Below, one piece after another: positions 34,080 to 42,461 of a stretch of DNA of 64,000 nucleotides; the first letter of the stretch is position 1, and each line of letters begins with the position of its first letter. The position numbers and the translations under genes are program-made. This DNA comes from Acidobacteriota bacterium (GTDB lineage: Bacteria > Acidobacteriota > Blastocatellia > Pyrinomonadales > Pyrinomonadaceae): the NCBI GenBank assembly GCA_003223025.1, contig QHXR01000011.1, forward strand, positions 30,053 through 94,052, read 5' to 3'. Under the pieces are notes generated by a model. The model had not been told where the DNA came from, did not search any database, and saw nothing but the letters and a program-made list of their open reading frames with translations.

Positions 34080-35312
34080 ATGCCTACATACGCCTTTAAA
34101 GGGAGAAATCGCCTGAACGAAATGGTCGACGGCGAGCGCGAAGCAGCGAGTCCGGACGAACTGCGAGCACTGCTGCGAAGAGAGCAGATCGTCATGACCC
34201 AAGCGTTGGAAAAAGGACGCGTGGTCTCGATCCCGAAACTCGGCCGTCGTAAAAAGGTCGGCGCCAAAGAGCTGGCAATATTTACACGTCAGTTCTCCGT
34301 CATGATCGACGCCGGTCTTCCGTTGGTGCAGTGTCTCGACATTCTTGCCGAACAACAGCAGAACGCGTTCTTCAAAGACGTGCTGCGACAGGTTCGTCTA
34401 AACGTCGAGGAAGGCGCGACCCTGTTTGCGGCTCTCGAAAAGCATCCGAAAGTTTTTGACTCGCTCTACACGCACATGGTCGAAGCCGGTGAAACCGGCG
34501 GTGTGCTCGACTTGATCCTCCAGCGTCTCGCGACGTTGATCGAAAAAGTCGTCAAGTTGAAGCGAAGCATTCTGTCGGCGTCGATCTATCCGGCCGCCGT
34601 CGTACTCGTCGCAGTCGGTGCGATCGCGGTCATCATGGTCGTCGTGATCCCGCAGTTCGAGCAGATCTTTATCGGCTTGCTCGGACCGGGTGAGCTTCTT
34701 CCGCTTCCGACGCGGATCATCATGGGAATCAGTCGATTCCTCGCCGGATGGGGCGGACTGTCGCTGCTTATCGGTATTATCGCCACGGTTATCGGAACCA
34801 AGTTTTACTACAAGACCGAGAAAGGAAAGTGGAACATCGATACGCTGCTGCTCAAGCTTCCGATCTTCGGATCGATCCTGCGAAAGATCGGCGTCGCACG
34901 ATTCTCGAGAATCTTGTCGACACTTCTTTCATCGGGTGTTCCGATCCTTCAGTCGCTGGACATCACTGCGAAGACCGCGGGTAACGTCGTTATCGAAGAC
35001 GCGATCCTCAAGGTCCGTGCAGGTGTCGAGCGCGGTGAAAACTTCGTCGAGCCGTTGAAGGCAACGAACGTGTTCCCGCACATGGTCGGTCAGATGATCG
35101 GAGTCGGTGAGCAGACCGGTGCTCTCGATGCGATGCTCGGCAAGATCGCCGACTTCTACGAAGAAGAAGTCGATACGGCGATCGCTGACCTGCTCGCGAT
35201 GATCGAGCCGGTACTGATCGCGTTTCTCGGCATCACGATCGGATCGATCGTCGTCTCGATGTACCTGCCGCTATTCACGCTCATCGGAAAACTGGCGAGC
35301 GGAAGCAAGTAA
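34080..35312 (+). CDS. pilC: type IV pilus platform protein PilC (GspF family)
   Basis: 410 aa with the two GspF repeats and three TM segments. An RBS-like agagaggag is upstream. Confidence 0.9.
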   Translation: MPTYAFKGRNRLNEMVDGEREAASPDELRALLRREQIVMTQALEKGRVVSIPKLGRRKKVGAKELAIFTRQFSVMIDAGLPLVQCLDILAEQQQNAFFKDVLRQVRLNVEEGATLFAALEKHPKVFDSLYTHMVEAGETGGVLDLILQRLATLIEKVVKLKRSILSASIYPAAVVLVAVGAIAVIMVVVIPQFEQIFIGLLGPGELLPLPTRIIMGISRFLAGWGGLSLLIGIIATVIGTKFYYKTEKGKWNIDTLLLKLPIFGSILRKIGVARFSRILSTLLSSGVPILQSLDITAKTAGNVVIEDAILKVRAGVERGENFVEPLKATNVFPHMVGQMIGVGEQTGALDAMLGKIADFYEEEVDTAIADLLAMIEPVLIAFLGITIGSIVVSMYLPLFTLIGKLASGSK

Positions 35313-35330
35313 GAACTACACAATCAGACA

Positions 35331-35369
35331 AAAAAGGCGGCTCGAAGTTCGAGCCGCCTTTCCATTTTT
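35331..35369. terminator. bidirectional intrinsic terminator between pilC and ribE
   Basis: aaaaaGGCGGCTCGA-agt-TCGAGCCGCCtttccattttt. A 10-bp GC-rich stem flanked by an A-run and a T-run. Confidence 0.8.
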
Positions 35370-35381
35370 CTTGTCAATTTC

Positions 35382-35981
35382 TCAGATTCCCGAGCGTTCC
35401 CCGATCATTCGCTCAACGTACTTCGCGATCACGTCCGCCTCGAGATTAACCGCGTCGCCGGGTTTTAGCGTCGAGAGATTTGTCATCTCCCAGGTCTTTG
35501 GAATTATCGCGAGGTCGAAGGTCGAGTCGGCCAGAGCAGCGATCGTCAGACTGATGCCTTCGACTGCGATCGAACCTTTGAAGACAAGATACTGCGAGAT
35601 CTCTTTCGGATAACCGATCCGCACGGTCCAGAAATCTCCGTGAGATTCGGCTGAGACGAATTCGCCTCGTGCATCGACGTGGCCTTGAACCATGTGTCCG
35701 CCGAGTCGAGTCGACGGTGTCACGGCGCGTTCGAGATTTACGCGCGATCCGGTTTTGAGATTTCCAAGTGTCGACCGATCGAGCGTCTCCTGAGAAAGAT
35801 CGGCAGCGAACGATCCGGGTTTGATTTCGAGCGCCGTAAGACAGACTCCGTTCACCGCTATCGAATCTCCATCGACGGAATCTGACGTGACCAGATCCGC
35901 CGACACGATCATCTTCGCTCCGCCTTCATGTGGAGTGAACGCTTCGATCGTTCCAAGCTCTTCGATTATTCCGGTGAACAT
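35382..35981 (-). CDS. ribE: riboflavin synthase alpha chain
   Basis: 199 aa. MFTGIIEELGTIE N-terminus and the internal duplication (SLTIAAL / GVCLTAL) typical of riboflavin synthase. Confidence 0.9.
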   Translation of the reverse strand: MFTGIIEELGTIEAFTPHEGGAKMIVSADLVTSDSVDGDSIAVNGVCLTALEIKPGSFAADLSQETLDRSTLGNLKTGSRVNLERAVTPSTRLGGHMVQGHVDARGEFVSAESHGDFWTVRIGYPKEISQYLVFKGSIAVEGISLTIAALADSTFDLAIIPKTWEMTNLSTLKPGDAVNLEADVIAKYVERMIGERSGI

Positions 35982-36034
35982 TATTTATTTCTTTTCGGTC
36001 GTTCGTGCTTTGTAGTTGTGTTTGGGCGGCCGGT

Positions 36035-36183
36035 GGACGCGACTGGAACGCGCGCGTCTCGCCTGCCGGCTATCGCCGCTTCGGCCGATGGCCGCAACTC
36101 TCACTTGGCGAGCCATCATCATATAACGCCGGACGCCTCGGCTTGGCAGGCAAGACGCCTGCGTTCCAGTCCCATCCGCCGTC
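36035..36183. repeat. inverted pair of family-E repeats (36035-36067 minus orientation, 36145-36183 plus)
   Basis: The reverse complement of 36035-36067 (ggcaggcgagacgcgcgcgttccagtcgcgtcc) aligns with ggcaggcaagacgcctgcgttccagtcccatcc. A further copy is at 48015-48054. Confidence 0.7.
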
Positions 36184-36212
36184 TTCAGCGACCAAGGACG
36201 ACGAACCACAAA

Positions 36213-37208
36213 CTAAACCGGCTCAGTTTTCGAAAGTTTCCTTACATCGATCGAGATCGGCTTTCCGTCTTCGACCTCGTTATAAATACTCGCAAACTTT
36301 TGTCCGAATTTTATCGAATGCGGCTTATACGACGAGCGAGCATGGACTGTCTGGACAAACGTTTCATCGACCGCGGTCAACAATATCAATATCTCTCCGT
36401 CGGTCGCCTTGATGTCTTGCGCGGTCAATCCAAAGAGCGGCGACTTCTCGTTGATCGGATGTACGATCGTCCATGCGAGCGGAAAAAATGTCACCTTACG
36501 ACGCTCGAGCTCGAGCACATCAAACCGGCGGACCGTCCGTCCGTTTTCATTTACAAACCTTGCGAACGTTACGACCGCACCGACCTCTATCAATTGATTG
36601 TTGCGACCGTTAACGATGCGGAACATCAGTCCGTTTATTCCGCGGTATGGTGCGACGACTGCCACTTCGCTGAAAATTATCTTTGCGGTGGGTCGTGCGA
36701 ACCGGGCAAAGACCACACCCGTTATCAGCGCATTCGCAAGAAGGCTGTAATACGATTCCATCGTCACGATCAGATTCGGGATCACGCCGACGGGATGGAT
36801 CGTTCCGTAGCCGATCGTCGCGAACGTCTGCACGCTGAAGAAGAAGCCCCGTACGAAAAGATCGTCACCCGGCGTCGACGTTACATCAACCAGACCGCCG
36901 TCACCTAACGACGCATACAAGATCCCGAAAAAGATATTACTCAGGAAGAAAAGCAGCAGGACCAGTCCAAGAAAAGTGCTCCACGACATCGAGAGCAGCG
37001 TGTGATACATGTTCAGAGACGTCGAGAAGCTGACACCCGTCCGCTCGACATTGAACGTGCCGTCAGGATTCAGAAGTCGCTGTCTGGCCTGTCCCGTAAC
37101 GACCGAGCCAAATCCCAGATCGCGGTCCTCTTCGGATTCCGCGACCCCGATAGTTGGCAGATTTTTGTTCAAGGTTTCTTCTGTCACTGTATGCGAAATT
37201 ATATGCAA
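36213..37208 (-). CDS. inward-rectifier-type potassium channel (KirBac-like)
   Basis: 331 aa. Two TM helices flank a pore helix and the selectivity filter TIGYG (FSVQTFATIGYGTIHP). Has a beta-rich cytoplasmic C-terminal domain. The only start in the track is TTG at 37208. Confidence 0.8.
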   Translation of the reverse strand: MHIISHTVTEETLNKNLPTIGVAESEEDRDLGFGSVVTGQARQRLLNPDGTFNVERTGVSFSTSLNMYHTLLSMSWSTFLGLVLLLFFLSNIFFGILYASLGDGGLVDVTSTPGDDLFVRGFFFSVQTFATIGYGTIHPVGVIPNLIVTMESYYSLLANALITGVVFARFARPTAKIIFSEVAVVAPYRGINGLMFRIVNGRNNQLIEVGAVVTFARFVNENGRTVRRFDVLELERRKVTFFPLAWTIVHPINEKSPLFGLTAQDIKATDGEILILLTAVDETFVQTVHARSSYKPHSIKFGQKFASIYNEVEDGKPISIDVRKLSKTEPV

Positions 37209-37250
37209 GCGTTAAGATGAATGTAAAAGACCGCGTGCGCGGAGTCAGTT

Positions 37251-37329
37251 TTATTCAATGGGTAGTTATAAGTGGCAAGTTAAAAGTTTTGCACTGTCCA
37301 CTTGTCACTTATAACTATCCACTGAATAA
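37251..37329. repeat. 79-bp imperfect palindrome in the divergent intergenic region
   Basis: ttattcaatgggtagttataagtggcaagt (37251-37280) matches the reverse complement of acttgtcacttataactatccactgaataa (37300-37329) with about 4 mismatches. AT-rich 19-nt loop. Confidence 0.8.
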
Positions 37330-37340
37330 AAAAAATCTTA

Positions 37341-37877
37341 ATGAGCGATTCTGAAATACAAGAAAACTTACCGCCAAAGCTCCGGCCCGGAGCGGAAGGC
37401 GGCATCGATAACAATTCACTCGCCGATGTGGTCGAGTGGTTTCTGAACTACGACGAACGGACTGCGCGTGTTCGACACGCGTACACCGAAGAGCTTTTTC
37501 AGTGGAAGCAGCACGATGATGTTGAGAACGGAATCGGTGTGTATCCATTCGAAAATGCGGAAGCGCGATTTGCGATCGGTGTGTTCCAGGCGCTGCAGGA
37601 AAATAATTCCGAGCCGCTTCTTGGTTTGTGGCTATCGGATGTCCTGAACGCGCTCCATGAGTCGCGTGAAACGAAAGCGGAGATCACGGAAGCGAACAAG
37701 CTCGACGAAGATCCGGAAATGCTGGCGCTGGAGAAGGCAGGGAAGCTAACGACGAATGCTGAGCGACGCCTGTATTTGACGAGCTGCTGGCTCGAGCAAC
37801 TATGCACGGCCGAAGCGCGGGTGCTCGGTTGGATCTACCAAGAAATGTACGGACGACCCTATACTCCGGCAACGTAG
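37341..37877 (+). CDS. hypothetical protein (178 aa, acidic, cytoplasmic)
   Basis: ATG ORF with no competing frame and no motif recognised. Confidence 0.5.
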   Translation: MSDSEIQENLPPKLRPGAEGGIDNNSLADVVEWFLNYDERTARVRHAYTEELFQWKQHDDVENGIGVYPFENAEARFAIGVFQALQENNSEPLLGLWLSDVLNALHESRETKAEITEANKLDEDPEMLALEKAGKLTTNAERRLYLTSCWLEQLCTAEARVLGWIYQEMYGRPYTPAT

Positions 37878-37911
37878 GACCTTTCAGAAAATCGCCCGCG
37901 AAAATCTCTTT

Positions 37912-38742
37912 CTATCGCAAGGCACCGCAAGCGCTCATCTGTCCGGACTGCATTCCTTTCGTGAACCACTGCATTCTCTGATCAGCCGACCCGTGCGTGA
38001 AGGACTCCGGAACGACGTAGCCTTGAGTCCGTTTTTGGATGATGTCATCGCCTACCGCGGATGCGGCGCGCAGTGCTTCTTCAGCATCGCCCGTTTCGAC
38101 CAGGCCTTTCTGCTGTGCGTAGTATGCCCAGACGCCGGCGTAGCAGTCGGCCTGAAGCTCAAGCGCAACGGATATCCGATTGTTCTGTCCCGCGCTCTGA
38201 GCTTTGTCCATCGTTCCCAAAAGATTCTGCACGTGATGTCCAACCTCGTGGGCGATGACATACGCCTGAGCGAAGTCGCCCGGTGCTTTGAACTCGCGTT
38301 GAAGCTCCTGGAAGAAAGCGAAATCCAGATAAAGGTTCTGATCGCCCGGACAGTAAAACGGCCCCATCGCTGCCTGGCCATATCCGCACGCAGTCGCGGT
38401 CTGTCCACTGTATAGAACGAGCTTCGGCGGTTGATAACGTACGCGTGCCTGTTGCGGAAGAACCTGGCCCCACACGTCCTCGGTCATCTTCATCACGGAG
38501 CTTGCGAACTGTCGGTTTTCGTCAGGCGGCTTGTTGATGGAATTGCTCGCCGGGCCGGGCTGCTGCTGAGTTTGCTCCTGAGGCAAGTTCTCTAAAAGCT
38601 GCCGCGGATCGACGCCGCAGATCATTGCTGCGACCAACAATACGAGCACTCCAATTCCCCCGCCGCCGATCGCTATTCCCCGGCCTCCTAGCCCGCGCCT
38701 GTCCTCAACGTTTGAGCTCTCGCCGTAATCTCGCCATCGCAT
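37912..38742 (-). CDS. YpfJ-like neutral zinc metallopeptidase
   Basis: 276 aa. N-terminal RGLGG..GGGIG plus a TM helix, then AYVIAHEVGHHVQN (HExxH), typical of the YpfJ family. Confidence 0.85.
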   Translation of the reverse strand: MRWRDYGESSNVEDRRGLGGRGIAIGGGGIGVLVLLVAAMICGVDPRQLLENLPQEQTQQQPGPASNSINKPPDENRQFASSVMKMTEDVWGQVLPQQARVRYQPPKLVLYSGQTATACGYGQAAMGPFYCPGDQNLYLDFAFFQELQREFKAPGDFAQAYVIAHEVGHHVQNLLGTMDKAQSAGQNNRISVALELQADCYAGVWAYYAQQKGLVETGDAEEALRAASAVGDDIIQKRTQGYVVPESFTHGSADQRMQWFTKGMQSGQMSACGALR

Positions 38743-38954
38743 ATATGGTTCTACCCTCCTTGAATACGTCTAAGTTAGCTTGGATGTGTTTGATTCTAGC
38801 ACTTCCGCCCCCCGCGGCGAAGTATTTATTGCCCCGCAAGCCAGTCTCCAAACCAGCCGCAAAATCTTGACAGGTGTGAAGTTAGACGCCTATTATGGAA
38901 TAAAGTTGGGTTGCGGTTTCACTTTCCACGCGTGCACAGGTAAAGGAGGCAGTG

Positions 38955-39233
38955 ATGATCAAACTAGATATCGTCAACCATGTTGCCGACAAGACTGGCG
39001 TTCCGAAGCAAAAAGCCGAGCAGGTTGTCGACTCGCTATTCAACGCAATGAAGGAAGCTCTCGCGAAAGGTAAGCGGATCGAGCTTCGCGGCTTCGGCGT
39101 ATTCGTCGTAAAACCAAGGAAGCGCGGTGTCGGCCGAAATCCCAGGACCGGGATGGAAGTGCCTATTCCGGCGGGAAAGACGATCCGCTTCAAACCGGGA
39201 AAGGAGCTCTCGGCAAAGGCAGTTAAGACCTAG
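38955..39233 (+). CDS. HU/IHF-family DNA-binding protein
   Basis: 92 aa. ATG at 38955 lies 5 nt after AGGAGG. RGFGVF..R..R.GRNPRTG and the beta-arm motif are present. Confidence 0.85.
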   Translation: MIKLDIVNHVADKTGVPKQKAEQVVDSLFNAMKEALAKGKRIELRGFGVFVVKPRKRGVGRNPRTGMEVPIPAGKTIRFKPGKELSAKAVKT

Positions 39234-39258
39234 CCATCTGCTCATTTTGATTTATTAG

Positions 39259-39306
39259 AAATCGTAAATCGCGCGAATCTCGCATGCGGTTTACGATTTA
39301 CTTTTT
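39259..39306 (+). terminator. intrinsic terminator after the HU/IHF gene
   Basis: aaatcgtaaatcgc ... gcggtttacgattt forms a ~14-bp stem followed by a-ctttttgg. Confidence 0.6.
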
Positions 39307-39312
39307 GGTGTT

Positions 39313-40317
39313 ATGTCGGCTGATCAATTCTATCTCGAGCGCGGTGCGATGCGTCCGCGGATGCGAACTCTAGCGCTGCATCTAGTTCTGCTGCTAATCA
39401 CACTCGCCACCGCGACGATCGCCGGTGTTCTGTTCCCGTTCGGCACAATCGACTCGCTTCCCGTTTCGGATCCGCAGACATTCCCGGAGCTGATCGAATT
39501 TGTCACGTCATTGCCCGAGCGATATTTCGTCCTGATCGGAACTGCCGTCCATTATCTCTGGACCGACTCGAGTTATCTCGTCCACGGACTTTCCTTCTCC
39601 GTCTCGCTTCTCTTTATTCTGATCTCGCATGAGATGGGACACTACGTCGCGTGCCGGATCTATCGTGTCGACGCGACTCTGCCGTTTTTTATCCCGACTC
39701 CTCCGATGATCGGGCCGGCCGGTACATTCGGCGCGTTTATCAGGATCAAATCTCCGATGCCGTCACGCCGTGCCGTATTCGATATCGGACTCGCGGGCCC
39801 GATCGCCGGATTCATTGCGCTCATCCCAATCGCGGTCATCGGTGTCATGAAGCTGCAACCTGCTGCGAACCACGGTGTGCCGGGAGATATATTGTTTGCT
39901 GATCCGCTGCTGATGCGGCTGCTTGGAATGCTGCTTGGACACGATCCGACGATGAGCGTCGGGAATCCGTTCTTTTACGCGGCGTGGGTCGGACTTCTCG
40001 TGACGGCGTTGAATTTGATCCCGTCGGGCCAGCTCGACGGTGGACATGCGATCTATGCCGTACTCGGAAAGAAAGTTCACTTCTTCACCGGAAGGATCGC
40101 ATTTGTGATCATGGCGGCGCTCGCGATAATCGGAGCCGTTTTCTATAACAGCCCGAGCGGATTTCTCGTCGCGATACTTTTAGGAATAATGATGCGCGTC
40201 CGCCATCCCGAGCCGTACGATCAGACGCCGTTAGATTTGAAAAGAAAAGTGATCGCGGTGCTCACGCTCGTGATCTTCGTTCTATGTTTCACGCCGTTTC
40301 CGATCCGGATCAACTAA
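39313..40317 (+). CDS. site-2 protease family membrane metalloprotease (M50)
   Basis: 334 aa, polytopic. HEMGHYVACR (HExxH), plus NLIPSGQLDGGH further downstream. Confidence 0.8.
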   Translation: MSADQFYLERGAMRPRMRTLALHLVLLLITLATATIAGVLFPFGTIDSLPVSDPQTFPELIEFVTSLPERYFVLIGTAVHYLWTDSSYLVHGLSFSVSLLFILISHEMGHYVACRIYRVDATLPFFIPTPPMIGPAGTFGAFIRIKSPMPSRRAVFDIGLAGPIAGFIALIPIAVIGVMKLQPAANHGVPGDILFADPLLMRLLGMLLGHDPTMSVGNPFFYAAWVGLLVTALNLIPSGQLDGGHAIYAVLGKKVHFFTGRIAFVIMAALAIIGAVFYNSPSGFLVAILLGIMMRVRHPEPYDQTPLDLKRKVIAVLTLVIFVLCFTPFPIRIN

Positions 40318-40338
40318 GGTTTGTCGTGATTAGCGCAA

Positions 40339-40419
40339 TTAACCGCAGATGACGCGGATAACGCAGATTTTTAAAGGATATCTTCTTTAATCTGCGTTAT
40401 CCGCGTCATCTGCGGTTAA
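40339..40419. repeat. palindromic repeat, family B (copy 1)
   Basis: ttaaccgcagatgacgcggataacgcagatt...aatctgcgttatccgcgtcatctgcggttaa. The ~31-nt arms are perfectly complementary. Confidence 0.9.
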
Positions 40420-40656
40420 CCTGGCTGAGAATATTTGACCGCTTGGCTACCGTTAAATTGTCTGCGGCAAAAGTCCTTTGATCTCTCGCACCATCCGCTC
40501 GACATCTTCCTGCCCATCCAGTGCGATCATGAAGAAGTCGTAGCTTGTCTTGAAACAGACCATTCCGTTTCCAAAGAACCAGACGCCTTCGAGCAGCGGA
40601 TTTCCGCCGATGATCCAATCGATCGGAGCGCCTGTGACTTCTCGTGATTAGCGGAA

Positions 40657-40737
40657 TTAACCGCAAATGACGCGGATAACGCAGATTTTTAAAGGATATC
40701 TTCTTTAATCTGCGTTATCCGCGTCATCTGCGGTTAA
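40657..40737. repeat. palindromic repeat, family B (copy 2, within the duplication)
   Basis: Same sequence as copy 1, shifted by 318 bp, with one or two substitutions in the left arm. Confidence 0.9.
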
Positions 40738-40770
40738 CCTGGCTGAGAATATTTGACCGCTTGGCTACCG

Positions 40771-41706
40771 TTAAATTGTCTGCGGCAAAAGTCCTTTGAT
40801 CTCTCGAACCATCCGCTCGACATCTTCCTGCCCATCCAGCGCGATCATGAAGAAGTCGTAGCTTGTCTTGAAACAGACCATTCCGTTTCCAAAGAACCAG
40901 ACGCCTTCGAGCAGCGGATTTCCACCGATGATCCAATCGATCGGAGCGCCGGTGATCGTTTTCGGATTGAAGATGTTCGTCATCATCACCGCACCGGATG
41001 CAAATGAAAACGCGCCGAGCAGCGGTGCTCCGATTCGTTTTGCGATGTCGCGTTCGAAGCGGATCCGTTCAGCTTCGGCCTCGGTCAGACGTCCTTTTTC
41101 GATCATGAAAAGCCAATGCGAGCTGATCCCTGTGAACACGACGCCAAGGCCGGCGCCGACGGCCATCGAAACACCGGTCGTCGCAGCCTGAAGCGGATTT
41201 TCCTGGATCCAGCTCGATGCTTTGGAAAGCGACTTGTACGCCGAGTCCATCGATCGCGTGAATCCCGCGCCAAAATTGAAAGCTTGTGAAAACTTCTTCG
41301 CGCTCGAGCCAAGAGTTTCGCGTGCTTCGTCAAAAATACCCCCGGCCTTTTCAGCGGCGACACCGAGCACATCGCTTGCGGCCTTTCCCGCGGCGCCGAC
41401 GACATCGCCGGCCTTTTCTCCGGCGTCTTCGGCAACATCACGGATCGGCTCGCTGGCGTTCCACGCTTTCTTCGCCGTCTCTTCAGCGGTCTTTATCGTC
41501 TCTTCCGCGACCTTTACCGCCTGTCGTCCGACGTCGGATTTCTCTGCTTCGGCTTTGATCTTTTCAGCGCCCTTCTGCGCCGTATCGACGACCGCGCGCG
41601 CGCCTTCTTCGATCTTTTCTTTTAATCCAAGCTGCTTGTCGATCTCTCCAAACTTCTCTTTCGCGTCCCGCTGCCATTTGTCGAAACGCTCTTTGTAATC
41701 GCTCAT
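40771..41706 (-). CDS. hypothetical protein: apolipoprotein/YtxH-like helical N-half and hydrophobic C-half
   Basis: ATG at 41706 (MSDYKERFDKWQRD). Has Ala/Lys/Glu-rich amphipathic repeats, then Gly-rich hydrophobic segments. The track start at 41796 is less likely. Confidence 0.6.
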   Translation of the reverse strand: MSDYKERFDKWQRDAKEKFGEIDKQLGLKEKIEEGARAVVDTAQKGAEKIKAEAEKSDVGRQAVKVAEETIKTAEETAKKAWNASEPIRDVAEDAGEKAGDVVGAAGKAASDVLGVAAEKAGGIFDEARETLGSSAKKFSQAFNFGAGFTRSMDSAYKSLSKASSWIQENPLQAATTGVSMAVGAGLGVVFTGISSHWLFMIEKGRLTEAEAERIRFERDIAKRIGAPLLGAFSFASGAVMMTNIFNPKTITGAPIDWIIGGNPLLEGVWFFGNGMVCFKTSYDFFMIALDGQEDVERMVREIKGLLPQTI

Positions 41707-41887
41707 CGTTCTTAAACTCCTGATCCGAATACGACCCGGCACGGCCGATTGTTCGCTTTGATGCTTTTTAGCGAGTAGCCTTTGTATACTTAGCATTTAG
41801 AGCGATGTCGAGACAAGACTTTTTATGTCGGCTGGCCGCCAAAGACCGAAGAATGAGTGTGGTAACCTTTTATTTCGCGAGTGATTT

Positions 41888-42094
41888 ATGACAGTTGTTA
41901 AGTGTCCGACGTGCGGAAAAGAAACAGAGTACAACGGAAATGAGTTCCGCCCTTTTTGTTCGGAACGATGCAAGGTTCTCGATTTTGGCGCTTGGGCTGA
42001 CGAGGAGTACAGCCTTCCGGCTGAAGTTCAGGAAATAACCGAAGAAGACGTTGCCGAGATAGAAAAAGCGGTGCAGGAAAAAAGGGAACGATGA
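41888..42094 (+). CDS. yacG: DNA gyrase inhibitor YacG (zinc ribbon)
   Basis: 68 aa. CPTCGK..x..FCSERCKVLDFGAWADEEYSLP is the YacG signature. Confidence 0.8.
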   Translation: MTVVKCPTCGKETEYNGNEFRPFCSERCKVLDFGAWADEEYSLPAEVQEITEEDVAEIEKAVQEKRER

Positions 42095-42339
42095 ACTTTC
42101 TCGACATAGCACCAAGCGGCGGAATGATCGGAGCCGTTGTAGCGATCTCATTCTTCCTGATTTTCGCAGGCACGGCGTACATCGCGTTCAAGGCCTTGAA
42201 GAAGACCGCAAAGATGGCGGTCCGAATGGTCGTCGTCGTCGTCATTCTGGCGATCGCCGTCGTCGGAAGCTCTGCGCTCTGGTACTTCAGCTCGAACGCG
42301 ACGCCCAAGTTGAAGCCGCCAGCGAATAAGCGGCGGTAG
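42091..42339 (+). CDS. small hypothetical membrane protein (2 TM)
   Basis: 82 aa. Its ATG overlaps the yacG stop (ATGA). Two hydrophobic helices. Confidence 0.5.
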   Translation: MNFLDIAPSGGMIGAVVAISFFLIFAGTAYIAFKALKKTAKMAVRMVVVVVILAIAVVGSSALWYFSSNATPKLKPPANKRR

Positions 42340-42359
42340 AACGAGTCACGTAAGGATCG

Positions 42360-42451
42360 GCGCAATTAACCGCAGGTTACGCGGATAACGCAGATCAAAG
42401 AAAGATATCTTTTAAATCTGTGTCATCCGCTTTATCTGCGGTTAATTGCGC
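42360..42451. repeat. palindromic repeat, family B (copy 3, divergent)
   Basis: gcgcaattaaccgcaggttacgcggataacgcagat ... atctgtgtcatccgctttatctgcggttaattgcgc. Confidence 0.8.
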
Positions 42452-42461
42452 CTAGCTCGTT

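Larger units (their letters stand above)
40324..40959. repeat. 318-bp tandem duplication (about 40324-40641 and 40642-40959)
   Basis: The two units are nearly identical on direct reading, with a handful of substitutions. Each holds one family-B palindrome plus the last ~61 codons and stop of the minus-strand gene ending at 40771. The copy at 40453-40636 is an orphan 3' gene fragment. Confidence 0.9.

Noticed and set aside
35982-36212. An FMN riboswitch upstream of ribE.
   Set aside because: The segment is occupied by family-E repeats, and I could not recognise the conserved FMN-aptamer core. ribE may be co-transcribed with the upstream gene.
35928-36908. 326-aa plus-strand ORF.
   Set aside because: It is antisense to the K+ channel gene (TIGYG filter, TM helices) and is Arg-rich.
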